Source of the DNA: Paraspadella gotoi
Taxonomy: Eukaryota; Animalia; Chaetognatha
Assembly: GCA_051294375.1 (NCBI GenBank)
Contig: CM119271.1
Span: 11,799,896-11,863,895 of the forward strand
DNA length: 64,000 bases
Reading direction: 5' to 3'
This document shows positions 63,617 to 64,000 of this stretch, in pieces; position 1 is the first letter of the stretch, and every line of letters begins with the position of its first letter. A program made the translations under genes and the position numbers. Below the pieces are notes generated by a model. That model was not told where the DNA came from, did not search any database, and was given only the letters and a program-made list of their open reading frames with translations.

Positions 63617-64000
63617 AGTCTTCGCCAATCGGGGGCGCGAGGCGCCGGCGATAATAACAACTGTGTACCTCAGATGGCGAAATCAAAAAGCAAATAAATA
63701 CGGAGGCTTGAAAAAAGAGGGACGAAAACTAAGTCGGGGGCTACAATCGTGAGAGCTACGTTGGTTGTAATCACCGGAGAAGAAAAAGAAGAAAAAAACA
63801 AACAAATATATCAGGTGCTTTCGAAATTATTATTAGAGGCGAAATTGGATGGCTAAAAGTGAAGTGAGGCGAAATCAGAAATCGGAAGTGGAAGGAGAGA
63901 AGGGGTCCTTTGATTCAGAACCTCTATCCCCTTTCCCATCTGGAATATAGCGACTCTTTTTTTCATAGAGAAAGGCCAAAAACGGAAACGATGCAGTACA

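Noticed and set aside
62435-63697. Long plus-strand ORFs (also 1343-2248, 21955-22581, 42566-43393 and others)
   Set aside because: They are antisense shadows of GC-rich minus-strand genes, with no recognisable motifs.

Overview
This is a gene-dense animal (metazoan) genomic window with GC/CpG-rich exons and AT-rich GT-AG introns. About 25 mostly housekeeping genes can be read, and all lie on the minus strand. In transcription order they are ACTR6, a Lys/Ser-rich protein, PIGU, ALG11, a REV3L N-terminal fragment, eIF4E, ERAL1, HMG20, RHBDD1, an ABHD-like hydrolase, OSBPL9, a dispanin-like protein, SDHAF3, SDHAF2, ASNSD1, CDCA7, POLR3F, an orphan, BCS1L (with a nested gene), NUP62, UGDH, ECHDC1, WDR13 and NSUN2. 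Most stop-to-start gaps are 88-520 bp and several start codons follow unpaired splice acceptors, which suggests very long eukaryotic operon(s) resolved by SL trans-splicing. Three further features stand out. (1) SDHAF3, missed by the ORF track, overlaps SDHAF2 by a bacterial-style ATGA stop/start. (2) REV3L is present only as a stand-alone N-terminal module. (3) POLR3F intron 1 holds a Penelope-like insertion with two hammerhead ribozymes, and inside it a miniature LTR element whose LTRs carry tRNA-like Pol III boxes. Gene identities come from recalled protein motifs, not database searches. Exon limits were read by eye and are approximate. Several frameshifts are probably long-read indel errors.
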